A stretch of 64,000 bases of DNA from an uncultured delta proteobacterium. GTDB lineage: Bacteria; Desulfobacterota; Desulfobacteria; Desulfobacterales; B30-G6. This document shows positions 48,698-59,652 of this stretch, in pieces. The notes beneath the pieces are model-generated. The model had not been told where the DNA came from and did not search any database. It saw nothing but the letters and a program-made list of their open reading frames with translations. Each line of letters opens with the position of its first letter. Position 1 is the first letter of the stretch. The stretch spans positions 1,248,001 to 1,312,000 of the forward strand of contig CAWGLD010000001.1 in NCBI GenBank assembly GCA_963823335.1, read 5' to 3'. Position numbers and translations under genes: made by a program.

Positions 48698-50283
48698 AGG
48701 TAGTCTATCCACTTCCAGCGGCAGTCTTCACCCTTTTGGTCCTTGGTCAAATATCCTCTTTCGTTGGCAAATTGGAGTGTCTTACGGATCTGTTCAGGTG
48801 TGTGCGGGATGGTTCCGTCCACGAGATCGGCCAGGTGCCCCAGGTCGCTTTTATCCGAGGGAGCGGATGTGTTGCAGGGGATCCACCCGATTGTTTCAAG
48901 TACCTGTTTCATCATCAAGTCGTAAATCAGGACGATATGCTCCAGATTGGTAAGAGGCCATGCTTCTTCCTCGGTGGTTTCACCGCTGTCACGGCGCTGT
49001 TTAATGTCATCAAGCCAGGCATCGAAATTATTCTGCCAGTCTTTGACAATGCCGTCAAGTGTCCGCTGATCAACGGCCGACGTCCTGACGATGGCCTGAT
49101 TGGCATGGTAATCATTCCAGTCGTCACTCATGATCTGGATGTCGTAATCCTGGCTGTTTTCCCTGACGTCTGTACCCGGGAAGGGTGCCAGAAGGTGGTA
49201 TCCGTGCAGGACGCCCATGCTTTTGAGATGGCCGGCAAAAGCAACCGTTTGCTGTAGTGTCTGCAATGTTTCGCCCGGAAGACCAAGAATGAACGACGCC
49301 TGGGGGGTGACACCTATGTCGTTGCACATGGTTACGGCATGGACAACCTGATCCAGGGTGATTCCTTTTTTGATGGTCGTAAGGATTTCGGGACTTCCTG
49401 ACTCGACACCGAAACTTACGGCCGAACACCCGGCCTGCTTCATTCGTTCCAGAGCCGGACGCGAAACAGTGTCGACCCGGGCAAATGAGGTCCATTGAAT
49501 TTTGAGCTGTCGCCGGATAATTTCATCACAGACTGCCAGACAGTGCTTTTTGGATGCCGTAAAGAGATCGTCAGCGATATTGATCTGGTGAAAACCAAGG
49601 GTACTCAGATATGCCAGTTCATCCACGATTTTTTGGGGATTTCTGTATCGGACCCTGGCACCGACCATTTTTCTGCCCACGCAGAAAATACATTTAAAAG
49701 GGCATCCCCTGCTGGTTGTCATGCTTATGGGCAGACCCAGCGCCAGATATCTACCCAGCGGGATCAGGTGTCTGGCCGGTTCAGGGAGGCTGTCGATATC
49801 CTGGATGGGCTCCTTTGGCTCGGTCAGGACCGGTCGGCCCTGCTCTTGGTACGCCAGTCCTTTGATGGTGTCCCACGGGCTGCCGTTTTGGTAAGCCCTG
49901 ACCAGTTCGACGATTGTTTCTTCTCCTTCTCCGAGGACGATGAAATCGATTTCCGGGCAGGTTTCCAGGGTTTCACGGGCACAGAACGTGACATGTGGTC
50001 CACCCATCACTGTCAGAATCTCGGGTGCAAGGGCCTTGACATCTCTGATGACGCTGGCGGCATGATTGAAATTCATGGTCACGGCAGTTGCCCCTACGAA
50101 GTGTGGGTCGAATGTTTTAAGGATCTTGGCAAGGTGTTCTTTTGTGTAGGGGTAAACCACCAGGTCAAGAATCTGGACGTCAATCCCGGCGGTTTCAAGC
50201 ACAGCCGCCAGAAATGCAAGTCCCAAAGGAGGCGATGGTGTTTCCGAAATGGGGTAATAAGGATTGATGAGTAGAACACGCAT
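48694..50283 (-). CDS. B12-binding radical SAM protein (class B methyltransferase-like)
   Basis: PPLGLAFLAA, GGPHVT, GEGEET, SRGCPFKCIFC, GVESG. Confidence 0.93.
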   Translation of the reverse strand: MRVLLINPYYPISETPSPPLGLAFLAAVLETAGIDVQILDLVVYPYTKEHLAKILKTFDPHFVGATAVTMNFNHAASVIRDVKALAPEILTVMGGPHVTFCARETLETCPEIDFIVLGEGEETIVELVRAYQNGSPWDTIKGLAYQEQGRPVLTEPKEPIQDIDSLPEPARHLIPLGRYLALGLPISMTTSRGCPFKCIFCVGRKMVGARVRYRNPQKIVDELAYLSTLGFHQINIADDLFTASKKHCLAVCDEIIRRQLKIQWTSFARVDTVSRPALERMKQAGCSAVSFGVESGSPEILTTIKKGITLDQVVHAVTMCNDIGVTPQASFILGLPGETLQTLQQTVAFAGHLKSMGVLHGYHLLAPFPGTDVRENSQDYDIQIMSDDWNDYHANQAIVRTSAVDQRTLDGIVKDWQNNFDAWLDDIKQRRDSGETTEEEAWPLTNLEHIVLIYDLMMKQVLETIGWIPCNTSAPSDKSDLGHLADLVDGTIPHTPEQIRKTLQFANERGYLTKDQKGEDCRWKWIDYL

Positions 50284-50304
50284 AATGTTGGCCACAGCAA
50301 AAAG

Positions 50305-50360
50305 TTGAACCGCGAAAGCGAGCCCCATTCCCGTGGGTTGCCACGGGGGTTGGCGGGCGC
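50305..50360 (+). repeat. Family B repeat copy 5
   Basis: TTGAACCGCGAAAGCGAGC...CCCGTGG-GTTG-CCACGGG. Confidence 0.7.
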
Positions 50361-50381
50361 AATCAAAGTTAGAAAGAAAAA

Positions 50382-50410
50382 TAGGGTCCGGAAAAGATTC
50401 CCGGACCCTA
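50382..50410 (-). terminator. Hairpin/terminator after fhs
   Basis: TAGGGTCCGG...CCGGACCCTA followed by a T-rich tract on the minus strand. Confidence 0.7.
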
Positions 50411-50436
50411 GGGGTTGTCACAATATGGTTAGAGGA

Positions 50437-52200
50437 TTAAAACAGTCCGCTAACCTTTCCGGTGTTAACATCCACATCCACACGCCTGTAGGCGGGGTTC
50501 GAACCGGTTCCAGGCATCAGGCTGATGGTGCCGGCGCAGGGGCAGAGGAACTTTGCTCCGGAGTAGATCAGCACGTCACGCACGGGCAGAGACCAGCCTT
50601 TGGGCGCACCCTTGAGGGTCGGATCGGCGCTCAGGCTGAGATGGGTTTTGACCATCATGGTGGCAAAGTCGGCGTATTTGGGATCGTTCTCGAGCATTTT
50701 TGCCTTGGCTTCCGCTTCCGCTGTCCAGGTCGCACCATCGGCACCGTAAACTTCCTTGGCGATAATGTCGACGCGGTCACGCAGTTTCATTTCCAGGGGA
50801 TAGAGGAATTTGAAATCATTTTCTTCTTCACAAGCCTCGACGACGGCATCGGCAAATTCCAGGGCACCATCACCGCCCAGTTCCCAGTGTTTGGATTCAG
50901 CACAGCGGGCACCGGCCGCTTCGGCCGCCTTGCGGACCACTTTACATTCCTCATCCGTGTCTGTGTAGAAGCGGTTGATACAGACCACCGGATTGATGCC
51001 GGCCTTGCGGATGGTGTTGATGTGATGCACCATGTTTACGCAGCCTTTTTCAACCATGCCGACATTCTCTTGGGTGTACTCAGGCGGCATGGCAATACCC
51101 GGCGTCACTTTGGGCCCACCGCCGTGGCTCTTCAGCGCGCGGATGGTGGTGGTCAGAACCGATACATTGGGTTTCAATCCGCTGAAGCGGGATTTGACGT
51201 TCCAGAATTTTTCGAAGCCGATATCGGCACCAAAGCCCGATTCGGTGACATGATAGTCGAACAGTTTCAACCCAACCCGGTCGGCAATAATGGAGGACTG
51301 GCCGACGGCGATGTTGGCAAACGGTCCCGCATGTACCATACAGGGGTTGTATTCGGCGGTACACATCATGGTGGGGTTGATGGTGTTGCGCATAAAAGCG
51401 GTCATGGCGTTGCCGACTTCGAGGTCGCCGGTGGTCACGGGCTTGCCGCTCTTGTCGAAGGCCAACGTTATGTTGTTCAGTCGCTCTTTCAGATCGGCCA
51501 GATCACGGATAACCGACAGGATGGCCATACATTCGGATCCCACGGCGATCCCGAATTTGGATTGCATGGTGAAACCGTCGAAACGCCCGCCGATACCGAT
51601 TATAATGTTGCGTAGCGATTGGGCACAAAAGTCGATGATCCAGCCCATTTCCACGCGGGTGGGATCGATGTCCAAGCGCGGCATGCCGGTCAGACGCTTT
51701 AGTTGCTCGTCGTTGTAGTTGCGTTCGTGCTGCATACGCGATGTCATGGCAACCATGGCCAGGTTGTGGGCGTTCATGATGTCGTTGATATCACCGGTCA
51801 GACCCAGGGAAAACTCCGTCATGGGTATCAGCAGCGAATTGCCGCCGCCCGCGGCGGTGCCTTTCACGTTCATGGTCGGGCCACCCGAGGGCTGCCTGAG
51901 CGCTCCGCCTACGTTCTTTCCGCGCTTACCAAGACCTTCCATGAGACCACAGGACGTGGTACTCTTGCCTTCGCCCAGCGGGGTAGGTGTGATGGCCGTT
52001 ACTTCGATGTACTTTCCATCAGGTTTGTTTTGCAGACGGTCGATGATTTTCAGAAAATCGAGTTTTGCCAGCCGACCCATGGGAAGAATTTCTTCGGGCT
52101 CAAGGCCTAATTTGTCACGCCATTCGTCTGGTGAAGGCATGTTTTTTTCTGCCTCTTCCGAAATCTGCCAGTCAGCCATTTTTACTGCGTTGTATGCCAT
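50437..52200 (-). CDS. fhs: Formate--tetrahydrofolate ligase
   Basis: [39 protein letters not shown] before MAYNAV. Confidence 0.97.
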   Translation of the reverse strand: MAYNAVKMADWQISEEAEKNMPSPDEWRDKLGLEPEEILPMGRLAKLDFLKIIDRLQNKPDGKYIEVTAITPTPLGEGKSTTSCGLMEGLGKRGKNVGGALRQPSGGPTMNVKGTAAGGGNSLLIPMTEFSLGLTGDINDIMNAHNLAMVAMTSRMQHERNYNDEQLKRLTGMPRLDIDPTRVEMGWIIDFCAQSLRNIIIGIGGRFDGFTMQSKFGIAVGSECMAILSVIRDLADLKERLNNITLAFDKSGKPVTTGDLEVGNAMTAFMRNTINPTMMCTAEYNPCMVHAGPFANIAVGQSSIIADRVGLKLFDYHVTESGFGADIGFEKFWNVKSRFSGLKPNVSVLTTTIRALKSHGGGPKVTPGIAMPPEYTQENVGMVEKGCVNMVHHINTIRKAGINPVVCINRFYTDTDEECKVVRKAAEAAGARCAESKHWELGGDGALEFADAVVEACEEENDFKFLYPLEMKLRDRVDIIAKEVYGADGATWTAEAEAKAKMLENDPKYADFATMMVKTHLSLSADPTLKGAPKGWSLPVRDVLIYSGAKFLCPCAGTISLMPGTGSNPAYRRVDVDVNTGKVSGLF

Positions 52201-52429
52201 TGGTTCAACCTCCTTTACATAAATGAGTTTCAAGGGATCCACAAAAAAAAGAAGTTTATTCCCTAGGTGCCGTGGTTTTCTCGACCAAATCGTATAACCC
52301 TGGCTGGGTATCATCGAGAATTGAAAGCCGATCAGAATTGACTGGCCTATTGGCTATCATGGGAAGATGGTTTTGGCAAGCAATAACTGTGATTTCAGCG
52401 CCGGGAAAATAGGGGTGGCGGGCATCGGG

Positions 52430-54451
52430 TTAGCACGTCTCTCCTAAACAATGCTGTAGATGATTCATTCGGAAATATGAACCTTGTTTTTCCATGAGGG
52501 TGTCATGGTTTCCCATTTCCAGTATAACGCCTTTATCGATGACCACGATTTTATGGGCATGTCTTACCGTGGAAAGTCTGTGGGCGATCACCAAACCGGT
52601 TCTTCCCGCCATCAGTTTGGAAAGAGCATCCTGAATGACATCTTCGGTCAGTGAGTCGATATAGGATGTGGCCTCGTCCAGGATAATCAATTCCGGACTC
52701 CGCGCAAATGCCCGGGCGATCGAGAGCAGTTGTCGTTCGCCACTCGACAAAGAACCGCCCCCCCTGGTTAAAACGGTCTCGATACCCATGGGTTGTTTCG
52801 CAATCAATTCCCGGCAGTTCGCCGCTGTCAGGACACGGGTGATCTCTTTTTCTGAAACATCCTGTCGGTCCCGCCAGATATTGGCACGAATGGTGTCGGT
52901 GAACAAAAAAGGATCCTGGGTAACCAGTGCAATTTTAGATCGGTATCGTGAGGCAGGAATCCTTTTGATATTCTGTCCGTTTAAAAGAATATTACCGGTG
53001 ACGGGATCGTAAAACTTCATGATGAGGTTGGCAAGGGATGTTTTACCGGAACCTGTGGCACCTATGATTGCCGTGGTTTCACCTGCCTGGAGGTTTAAAG
53101 AAATATTTTTTAAAACCGGTTCCGACGGCATATAGGAAAATGATACCTTATCCAGTGTAAGGGTATGTATCTTCTCTGCAAGATTCAGGTCAGTGGATGG
53201 CAGCATGTTGTCCGATTTGTTTTCAATCCCGTCAATGGGATTGCTTGTATCGAGAATCAAAAAAATTCGCTCAGCCGACGCCAGGGCATTCTGGAGAATG
53301 TTGTATTTCTCAGCCAGATCCCGAATAGGTCTGAAAAACATGCGCATGTAAGAAATAAATGCGACCAGAACACCGAGGCTAATTTCCCCTTCCAGCACAT
53401 TTTTACCGCCATAAAAAATGATAACAGAAACAGTGACGATCCCGAACACTTCTATAAGCGGCATAAATACGGCCAGGACATTTATTTGGCGCATGCCGGC
53501 CAGATAATTTTCATGATTCAGTCGCGAAAAATTATCGGCTGCCACATGCTCTTTGCCAAAGGACTGGATCACGCTGATGCCATCAATCATCTCTGAAAAC
53601 GTGGTATTGATTTCAGCGACCTTTATTCTCAAGGCCCTGAAGGCCTCCCGGATGCGGCCGGAAAACGCGAGGCTTGAATAGCCCACCAGGGGCAGTACCA
53701 GAAAAGATACCAGAGCCAGTTTCCAGTTCATGATGAGCAGGACGGCGGCAATACCCACCAGCAGGAACAGATCTTTAAAAACCAGCGATATTACCGAGGT
53801 AAATAGTTCATGCATATTCTGGATGTCATTGGTAATCCGGGTCACCAGGCGACCCACCGGATTCTGGGTAAAAAAAGACATGGACAGGTGCTGGATGTGG
53901 TCGAAAAGATTCAGCCTGAGGTCATTCATCATCCTGAAACCGGTGTATTCCATGATGATTTTCTGCAGGAAATTGAGAACAAAACTGAGGATGATAATCA
54001 GCAGGAAAATACCGGCAATTCGGCCTACACCGGCCAGATCATCTTTTCTCAAAACAGCGATATCCTCAGGTTCGAGACTGGATAGATGCTGGTATGAAAT
54101 GACGATAAAGCGGTCGTCTTTTTCAAATAGTTCGGGATGTCTGTCCATGATAATTTGGACACCTGGGTTTCCTGGTGCTACTTTTAGATAGCGGGATGGC
54201 GCTTGAGCCGCATCCGGTCGGTCTGGTTTAAGGACCCCGGAATCAACTTTGGGGACGATGTATTGATCAATAGCGATCTTAGTGACATAGGGAATCGCCA
54301 GATCGAGGAGCGTGATCAGCATGACCAGAAAAATAGATACCAGGATCATCAAGTGGTATGGTTTCAAAAAGGGGAAAAGCCGTTTGAGAAGTCGTGTGTC
54401 ATATGACTTCCCCAGCTTCTTTTCTTCAAAGAAACCCATGTCATGTCGCAT
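52430..54451 (-). CDS. Heterodimeric ABC exporter subunit (TMD+NBD)
   Basis: GATGSGKT, LSSGERQ, LDEATS. Confidence 0.92.
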   Translation of the reverse strand: MRHDMGFFEEKKLGKSYDTRLLKRLFPFLKPYHLMILVSIFLVMLITLLDLAIPYVTKIAIDQYIVPKVDSGVLKPDRPDAAQAPSRYLKVAPGNPGVQIIMDRHPELFEKDDRFIVISYQHLSSLEPEDIAVLRKDDLAGVGRIAGIFLLIIILSFVLNFLQKIIMEYTGFRMMNDLRLNLFDHIQHLSMSFFTQNPVGRLVTRITNDIQNMHELFTSVISLVFKDLFLLVGIAAVLLIMNWKLALVSFLVLPLVGYSSLAFSGRIREAFRALRIKVAEINTTFSEMIDGISVIQSFGKEHVAADNFSRLNHENYLAGMRQINVLAVFMPLIEVFGIVTVSVIIFYGGKNVLEGEISLGVLVAFISYMRMFFRPIRDLAEKYNILQNALASAERIFLILDTSNPIDGIENKSDNMLPSTDLNLAEKIHTLTLDKVSFSYMPSEPVLKNISLNLQAGETTAIIGATGSGKTSLANLIMKFYDPVTGNILLNGQNIKRIPASRYRSKIALVTQDPFLFTDTIRANIWRDRQDVSEKEITRVLTAANCRELIAKQPMGIETVLTRGGGSLSSGERQLLSIARAFARSPELIILDEATSYIDSLTEDVIQDALSKLMAGRTGLVIAHRLSTVRHAHKIVVIDKGVILEMGNHDTLMEKQGSYFRMNHLQHCLGETC

Positions 54452-56177
54452 AATGGATCTCCTGCAGCCGAAACGTGCGGGCATAGTACTTGTCGTTGGC
54501 CATCAGTTCTTCATGGGTGCCATATTCGAGGATTCGACCCTTGCTCAAAGACATTATCCTGTCTGCAAACCCCAGGGCCGAAATGCGATGAGAGACGATC
54601 AGAATCGTTTTTTGACCGGCCAGAGACCGGATGGTGTCGATGATTCTGGATCCGGTATCGGTGTCGACCTGGCTGATGGGGTCGTCTAGAAGTAAAAAGG
54701 GCCGCTGGCACAGTAGCGCCCGTGCCAGTGCGATGCGCTGCTTCTGTCCACCGGAGAGGATAATGCCCCTTTCACCCACAACAGTCTCAAAACCGAGGGG
54801 CAACGCCTGGATGGTCGTGTAAATAGAGGCCAGTTCAGCCGCACGCTGGACTTCGTCTCGGGAGTGCGTCCTGTCCCCCAGGGTGAGATTTTCTAGAATG
54901 GTGCCGGCGAACATGAAGGGTTCTTGCGGCACATAAGCGATCTGGGATCTCAGATCGGAAAGGCGGATGGAGCGTATATCCATCCTGTCCATGAGAATGT
55001 GGCCGGCGCTTGTATCGTAAATACGCAGAATCAGATTCAACAGGGATGTCTTGCCGCTGCCTGGTGGTCCGATGATACCCAGTGTTGTTCCTGGATCGAG
55101 ATCAATCTGGATATCGGAGAGAACAGGTGGTTCGGCTTTATTAAAAGACAAGCCCACCTGATGGAACTGAAGCTGCCCGGTGGAATTTTGAACAGGGACG
55201 GCATTTTCCGTATCAGTGATATCCGGTTGTGTCTGCAACACAGTATGGATCCGGTCTAGTGAAGCCCGTCCGCGCTGGATGAGGTTGGTTACCCATCCCA
55301 TGGCCATCATGGGCCATGTCAGAAGACCTAAATAGCTGATAAATGCGACAAAATCACCGGCTGTGATTTCCTGCAGAATGGTTTGTCTACCCCCCAGATA
55401 TAACACGATGGCCAGGCTTGTATTCGAAAAAAGAAGCATCAGGGGAAAAAAAGATCCGGTAATGGCCACGAGCTTTAAGTTTTGTTGAATATACGTTTCA
55501 GACAACTGCTCGATCTGCTGCTGCTCCGTCGTTTCTGTGCCGTACGCCTTGACAATTCGGATGCCGGCCAATCGCTCGCGAACACCTTCGGTCAGGTCTG
55601 CGAAAGATCCCTGGACGTCCTGGTATCGCCGGTGCATCTGTTTGCCGAAAAATCGGGTTCCCAAGACGATGAAAGGCATCGGTATCAGGACGAAAATCGT
55701 CAGGAAGACATTAATATAGGCCATAAAGCCGATGGCGGCAGCACCCAGGACAATGGCATCGTTGAGCGCGACCATGCCCATCCCGGTTGCCATGCGTACC
55801 TGCTGGATGTCATTGGTTGCTCGTGCCATGAGATCACCGGTCTGGGTTTTATCAAAATAGGTGGCCGAGAGGGTTTCTATGTGGGTAAACAATTGGTTGC
55901 GGAGACCTTCCTCGATGCGCTGGGATGTCCCCAGGAGGCAGCGTCGCCACAGGTAGCGAAAAATGCCGATGGCGATACCGATGCCACCGATATAGGCGGC
56001 ATAAACCACCAGACCTTTTACATCGATTTGGAAAACCGTCAGGTCATCTACGACTCCCTTGATGATTCGAGGCACAAAGAGTTGTAACAGATCCACCAGA
56101 ATCAAGCTTAAAAAACCGATTAAAATAAGTTTTCGGTTTTCGACAAAATAGGGTTTTATCAATTGTACTGGTGTCAT
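54441..56177 (-). CDS. Heterodimeric ABC exporter subunit (degenerate Walker B)
   Basis: GPPGSGKT, LSGGQKQR, LLDDP; MdlA/YheI-like. Confidence 0.92.
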   Translation of the reverse strand: MTPVQLIKPYFVENRKLILIGFLSLILVDLLQLFVPRIIKGVVDDLTVFQIDVKGLVVYAAYIGGIGIAIGIFRYLWRRCLLGTSQRIEEGLRNQLFTHIETLSATYFDKTQTGDLMARATNDIQQVRMATGMGMVALNDAIVLGAAAIGFMAYINVFLTIFVLIPMPFIVLGTRFFGKQMHRRYQDVQGSFADLTEGVRERLAGIRIVKAYGTETTEQQQIEQLSETYIQQNLKLVAITGSFFPLMLLFSNTSLAIVLYLGGRQTILQEITAGDFVAFISYLGLLTWPMMAMGWVTNLIQRGRASLDRIHTVLQTQPDITDTENAVPVQNSTGQLQFHQVGLSFNKAEPPVLSDIQIDLDPGTTLGIIGPPGSGKTSLLNLILRIYDTSAGHILMDRMDIRSIRLSDLRSQIAYVPQEPFMFAGTILENLTLGDRTHSRDEVQRAAELASIYTTIQALPLGFETVVGERGIILSGGQKQRIALARALLCQRPFLLLDDPISQVDTDTGSRIIDTIRSLAGQKTILIVSHRISALGFADRIMSLSKGRILEYGTHEELMANDKYYARTFRLQEIHYAT

Positions 56178-56202
56178 GAGCAGTATTTCCGAACTTAAAA
56201 AA

Positions 56203-56247
56203 GTAATAAAAAGCGATGACCCGCTACGGGTCATCGCTTTTTATTAC
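56203..56247. repeat. Perfect 21-bp hairpin in a divergent promoter region
   Basis: GTAATAAAAAGCGATGACCCG-CTA-CGGGTCATCGCTTTTTATTAC. Confidence 0.85.
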
Positions 56248-56356
56248 ATGATTCTTTAAAAAGGTGCAATCACACTTGTTTTTGGCAGGACAATACAAGC
56301 GATCAAGCGCTTGAGAAGATTGACTTTCATGTGGTTGCTTGTTAAGCTGCTTTCTT

Positions 56357-58369
56357 ATGGAATTAGGAAATATTGTAGAATTTATTGACCGTCAAAAAAT
56401 AAAGTGCGCGGTCATTTTAGAGATAAAAAAACTTAGATTGCGTCTTTTGACCGAAGCCAATTGTGAAGTCAGGCTTTCGGCCGATCGCTTATCGCATCGC
56501 TGCAACCGTCATCTGGATCTTTCCCTGAGCAGGGAGAAATTAGTGGCTACGCTCAGAGAGGTCTCCAGCAGGCGAAAATCATTGATCGATCATGTGGACG
56601 TCAAAGAATTATGGGAAGTCTTGAACTCTGAACAGGAATGGATTGACCTTGAAACCATGACCGAGTTCTGTTTTCCCGAAAACCCTTCCGCAGATCATGA
56701 ATCTGCGGTGGTCAGGGCTTTTTTTAAAAACCGACTTTATTTTAAATTTAATGGCAGACGATTTTTTCCCCATTCCGAGGAGGAAGTCATCCAACGGGAC
56801 AACCGGGAGAAAGAAACTGCACGTATAGAGCGGATTGTTACCGATGGTAGCCGCTGGATAAAACATCTCATCCAAAGTGAGACGCTTTCCCCATTAGATC
56901 TTTTGGAAGAAGAACAAAAGGATATTATAGAGATTCTGAAGTCGGCCTACCTGAATCAAAAAGAAAGTCGACACTACTCCCTGGGCAAAAGGATTCTCAG
57001 GGAAGCAGGCATCGGCATGGAAGACAGCAGGCTTCTTCAGGTTTTGGTCCACCTCGGCGTATGGGACAAGGACGAAAATCTGGACCTCATCCGGTTTGAT
57101 ATATCCCCTGAGTTTCCTGACGATGTCAAAGCAAGCGCCGAGAGGCTGGTCAAAGAGGCTTATTACTCAAATGCCGAAATTACCTACGGGACCAAACGCG
57201 TCAATTTAACAGAGCTTCCCTTGATAACCATAGACGGGCAGGCAACCCTGGATTATGATGATGCCCTGAGCATCGAGAAATCGAATGACCATTATCGACT
57301 GGGTATCCATATTTCCGATGTGGGGCATTTTATAAAAAAAGACAGCCCGGTTGACCGGGAAGCTGTCAATAGGGCTAGCTCCATTTATACGCCGGATAGA
57401 AAAATACCCATGATCCCACCCGGTCTTGCCGAAGGTCTCTGTAGTCTTAGGGCAGGTGAGCTTAGACCGGCCATCAGCACCTTTGTACAGATCGGCAGTT
57501 TAGGTAATATTGTGGATGTTGAGGTGGTGCCGAGTCTGATTACGGTACAGCGGCAGCTTTCCTATTATGATGTCAATACGGTCACCGGGGAAGACGAAGA
57601 GATCCGGATGCTTTATGATATCGCAAAAAAGTTCAGGCAAAAACGCCTGACACAGGGAGCGCTCCAAATCACCCTTCCTGAAATCAATATATGGATTAAC
57701 CAGGACGGGGAACCCGCCGTCAGCAGAATCAACCGGGAAAGCCCCGGCAGAATGCTGGTGGCGGAATTGATGATAATGGCCAACTGGCTTATGGCAAGGT
57801 TTTTGTCCGATCACCAGATGCCGGCAATTTTCAGATCGCAACCAGAACCCCGGGGCCGTCTCTTTAAAAACAATGAGGGCACACTGTATCAAAACTGGGC
57901 CCAGCGAAAACTGCTCAATCGATTTTCCTTGGGCCATGAAGCAGATCATCATTCAGGGCTGGGCCTGGAGGCTTATGTGACTGCAACGTCGCCCATCAGG
58001 AAATATTTCGATCTGGTGACGCAACGACAGATACGCGCTGTTCTGGGACTTGACAAACCGTACACAAAAGAGGAAATAAATCATTTGATCCAGACGCTTG
58101 GCGTGACCATGAGCGTTGTTTCTCGGATTCAGTACAACCGCAACCGGTACTGGCTTCTCAAACATCTCGAGAAGTTGATCGGCGAAAGGACGGAGGCGAT
58201 CGTTATCGGCAAAAAGCGAAATGCGTATTCCATCCTTCTCAAAGATTTTATGCTGGAGTGCGATCTGCCGTTATCCAGTGGTATTGAGTTGAAACCCGAA
58301 GACCTGGTGCGGGTTAAAATTCAGCAGGCCAATGCCAGAAATGACAGGATCTCGGTTTTTATCGGTTAA
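56357..58369 (+). CDS. RNB-domain exoribonuclease (RNase II/R family)
   Basis: TIDGQATLDYDDALS, HISDV, ELMIMAN, TSPIRKYFDL. Confidence 0.93.
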   Translation: MELGNIVEFIDRQKIKCAVILEIKKLRLRLLTEANCEVRLSADRLSHRCNRHLDLSLSREKLVATLREVSSRRKSLIDHVDVKELWEVLNSEQEWIDLETMTEFCFPENPSADHESAVVRAFFKNRLYFKFNGRRFFPHSEEEVIQRDNREKETARIERIVTDGSRWIKHLIQSETLSPLDLLEEEQKDIIEILKSAYLNQKESRHYSLGKRILREAGIGMEDSRLLQVLVHLGVWDKDENLDLIRFDISPEFPDDVKASAERLVKEAYYSNAEITYGTKRVNLTELPLITIDGQATLDYDDALSIEKSNDHYRLGIHISDVGHFIKKDSPVDREAVNRASSIYTPDRKIPMIPPGLAEGLCSLRAGELRPAISTFVQIGSLGNIVDVEVVPSLITVQRQLSYYDVNTVTGEDEEIRMLYDIAKKFRQKRLTQGALQITLPEINIWINQDGEPAVSRINRESPGRMLVAELMIMANWLMARFLSDHQMPAIFRSQPEPRGRLFKNNEGTLYQNWAQRKLLNRFSLGHEADHHSGLGLEAYVTATSPIRKYFDLVTQRQIRAVLGLDKPYTKEEINHLIQTLGVTMSVVSRIQYNRNRYWLLKHLEKLIGERTEAIVIGKKRNAYSILLKDFMLECDLPLSSGIELKPEDLVRVKIQQANARNDRISVFIG

Positions 58370-58411
58370 GGCAAAGGGACTGTCCCGCGTAGCCAAACAG
58401 GAGTCCTGCGA

Positions 58412-59548
58412 ATGAACAAAAACGCGTATCTTTTTTGTATACTGATCGGGTTGTTAATTCTTCATCCGGCTCCCCTGGTTATGGCAGAGGCTACTGCGCT
58501 GGGCCAGGTCAAAGAGGTGACAGGCCTGATGGAGATTCAACGGGCCAAACAGACAACCCGGATGGCTGCCCAACCTGATACCGACGTTTTTTTTGGAGAT
58601 ATCATCACCACGGGGGATGAAAGCGAAGGTCTCATCATTCTGGTTGATGAAAGTATCATACGTGTTCAAGCCAACAGCAAGATTGTTTTGAACACCATGA
58701 TATCACCCCTGGAAAAGAAACATTCGGTACTGCTTTTCTTCGGTAAATTGTGGAATAAAATCAGCAAGGAAGCGCTGCGCAAAAAAGTGTTTGAAGTGCA
58801 GACACCCACAGCCGTCTGTGGTGTCAGGGGGACGGATTTCGAAACAGCATCCTATGAAGACGGCACCATGTTGGTACGGGTAAATTCAGGCGAGGTCGAG
58901 GTGGACAACGAGGTGGTCCGGGAAACCCTCGCCTCCAATCAGGGCACGCAGGTTTCTTTCGAACAAAAAGAGATTCGAATCGAGCCCGATTTCCAGCCGG
59001 ACTGGGATCAGGACCAGGCGAGATCGAGGGAAAATCTTTTGGGAGATGGTGAGAAGTACGGCGGTTACGTGCATGATGAAATTTACAAGAGACGGGCTCA
59101 CTTGAAGACACTTGTGGACCGCGCATCAGATTTGACGGCCACCAAGGAACAGCTTAAGCAAAAAGCTGCCGAATCAAAAGAAAACGGGGATACGGCGGCA
59201 TATGAATCTTATTTGACTGAGATTGAGAAAATCAACGATGAACAGAAGGAATTGAACCAGAAGATCGCCTATTATGGGCGAAGAATGGAGTGTTATTTTG
59301 GACTTTTTTCTCGCTACGGTGATCTTGCAAAGCACCCGGAAATTTCAAAACGCTTCAAAGGACGTGAATACATTTTGAGCCAACTGGATGATATTGAAAT
59401 GATTTATGCCGAATTCAATGTCATGATCGAAGAAGGAATGAAAATGTCTATGGAAGACATGGAAGATCTCATGGATGAGATGCGGGATAAAGTGAAAACA
59501 TTTAAGGAGAAGGGAGGCAAGAGCAGTCTCTTCGAAGAAATGAACTAG
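58412..59548 (+). CDS. Exported FecR-domain protein with coiled-coil C-terminus
   Basis: Signal peptide; GDIITTG, TPTAVCGVRGTDF. Confidence 0.85.
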   Translation: MNKNAYLFCILIGLLILHPAPLVMAEATALGQVKEVTGLMEIQRAKQTTRMAAQPDTDVFFGDIITTGDESEGLIILVDESIIRVQANSKIVLNTMISPLEKKHSVLLFFGKLWNKISKEALRKKVFEVQTPTAVCGVRGTDFETASYEDGTMLVRVNSGEVEVDNEVVRETLASNQGTQVSFEQKEIRIEPDFQPDWDQDQARSRENLLGDGEKYGGYVHDEIYKRRAHLKTLVDRASDLTATKEQLKQKAAESKENGDTAAYESYLTEIEKINDEQKELNQKIAYYGRRMECYFGLFSRYGDLAKHPEISKRFKGREYILSQLDDIEMIYAEFNVMIEEGMKMSMEDMEDLMDEMRDKVKTFKEKGGKSSLFEEMN

Positions 59549-59652
59549 CGCCGCCGGAGGCGGCTTCCCGTAAAATGCGCGGCATTTTACGGATGTGAGA
59601 GACATTTTATCCGTTAGAACTTTTAATGTGTGTGAGGGGTCGATTTCAAGAT

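Noticed and set aside
50305-51615. 436-aa plus-strand ORF
   Set aside because: Antisense shadow of fhs with no recognisable motifs
52201-52429. Possible THF/ZTP riboswitch upstream of fhs
   Set aside because: No recognisable consensus seen
59568-59592. 11-bp inverted repeat CCGTAAAATGC-GCG-GCATTTTACGG before the second tetR
   Set aside because: Single copy; cannot distinguish operator from terminator
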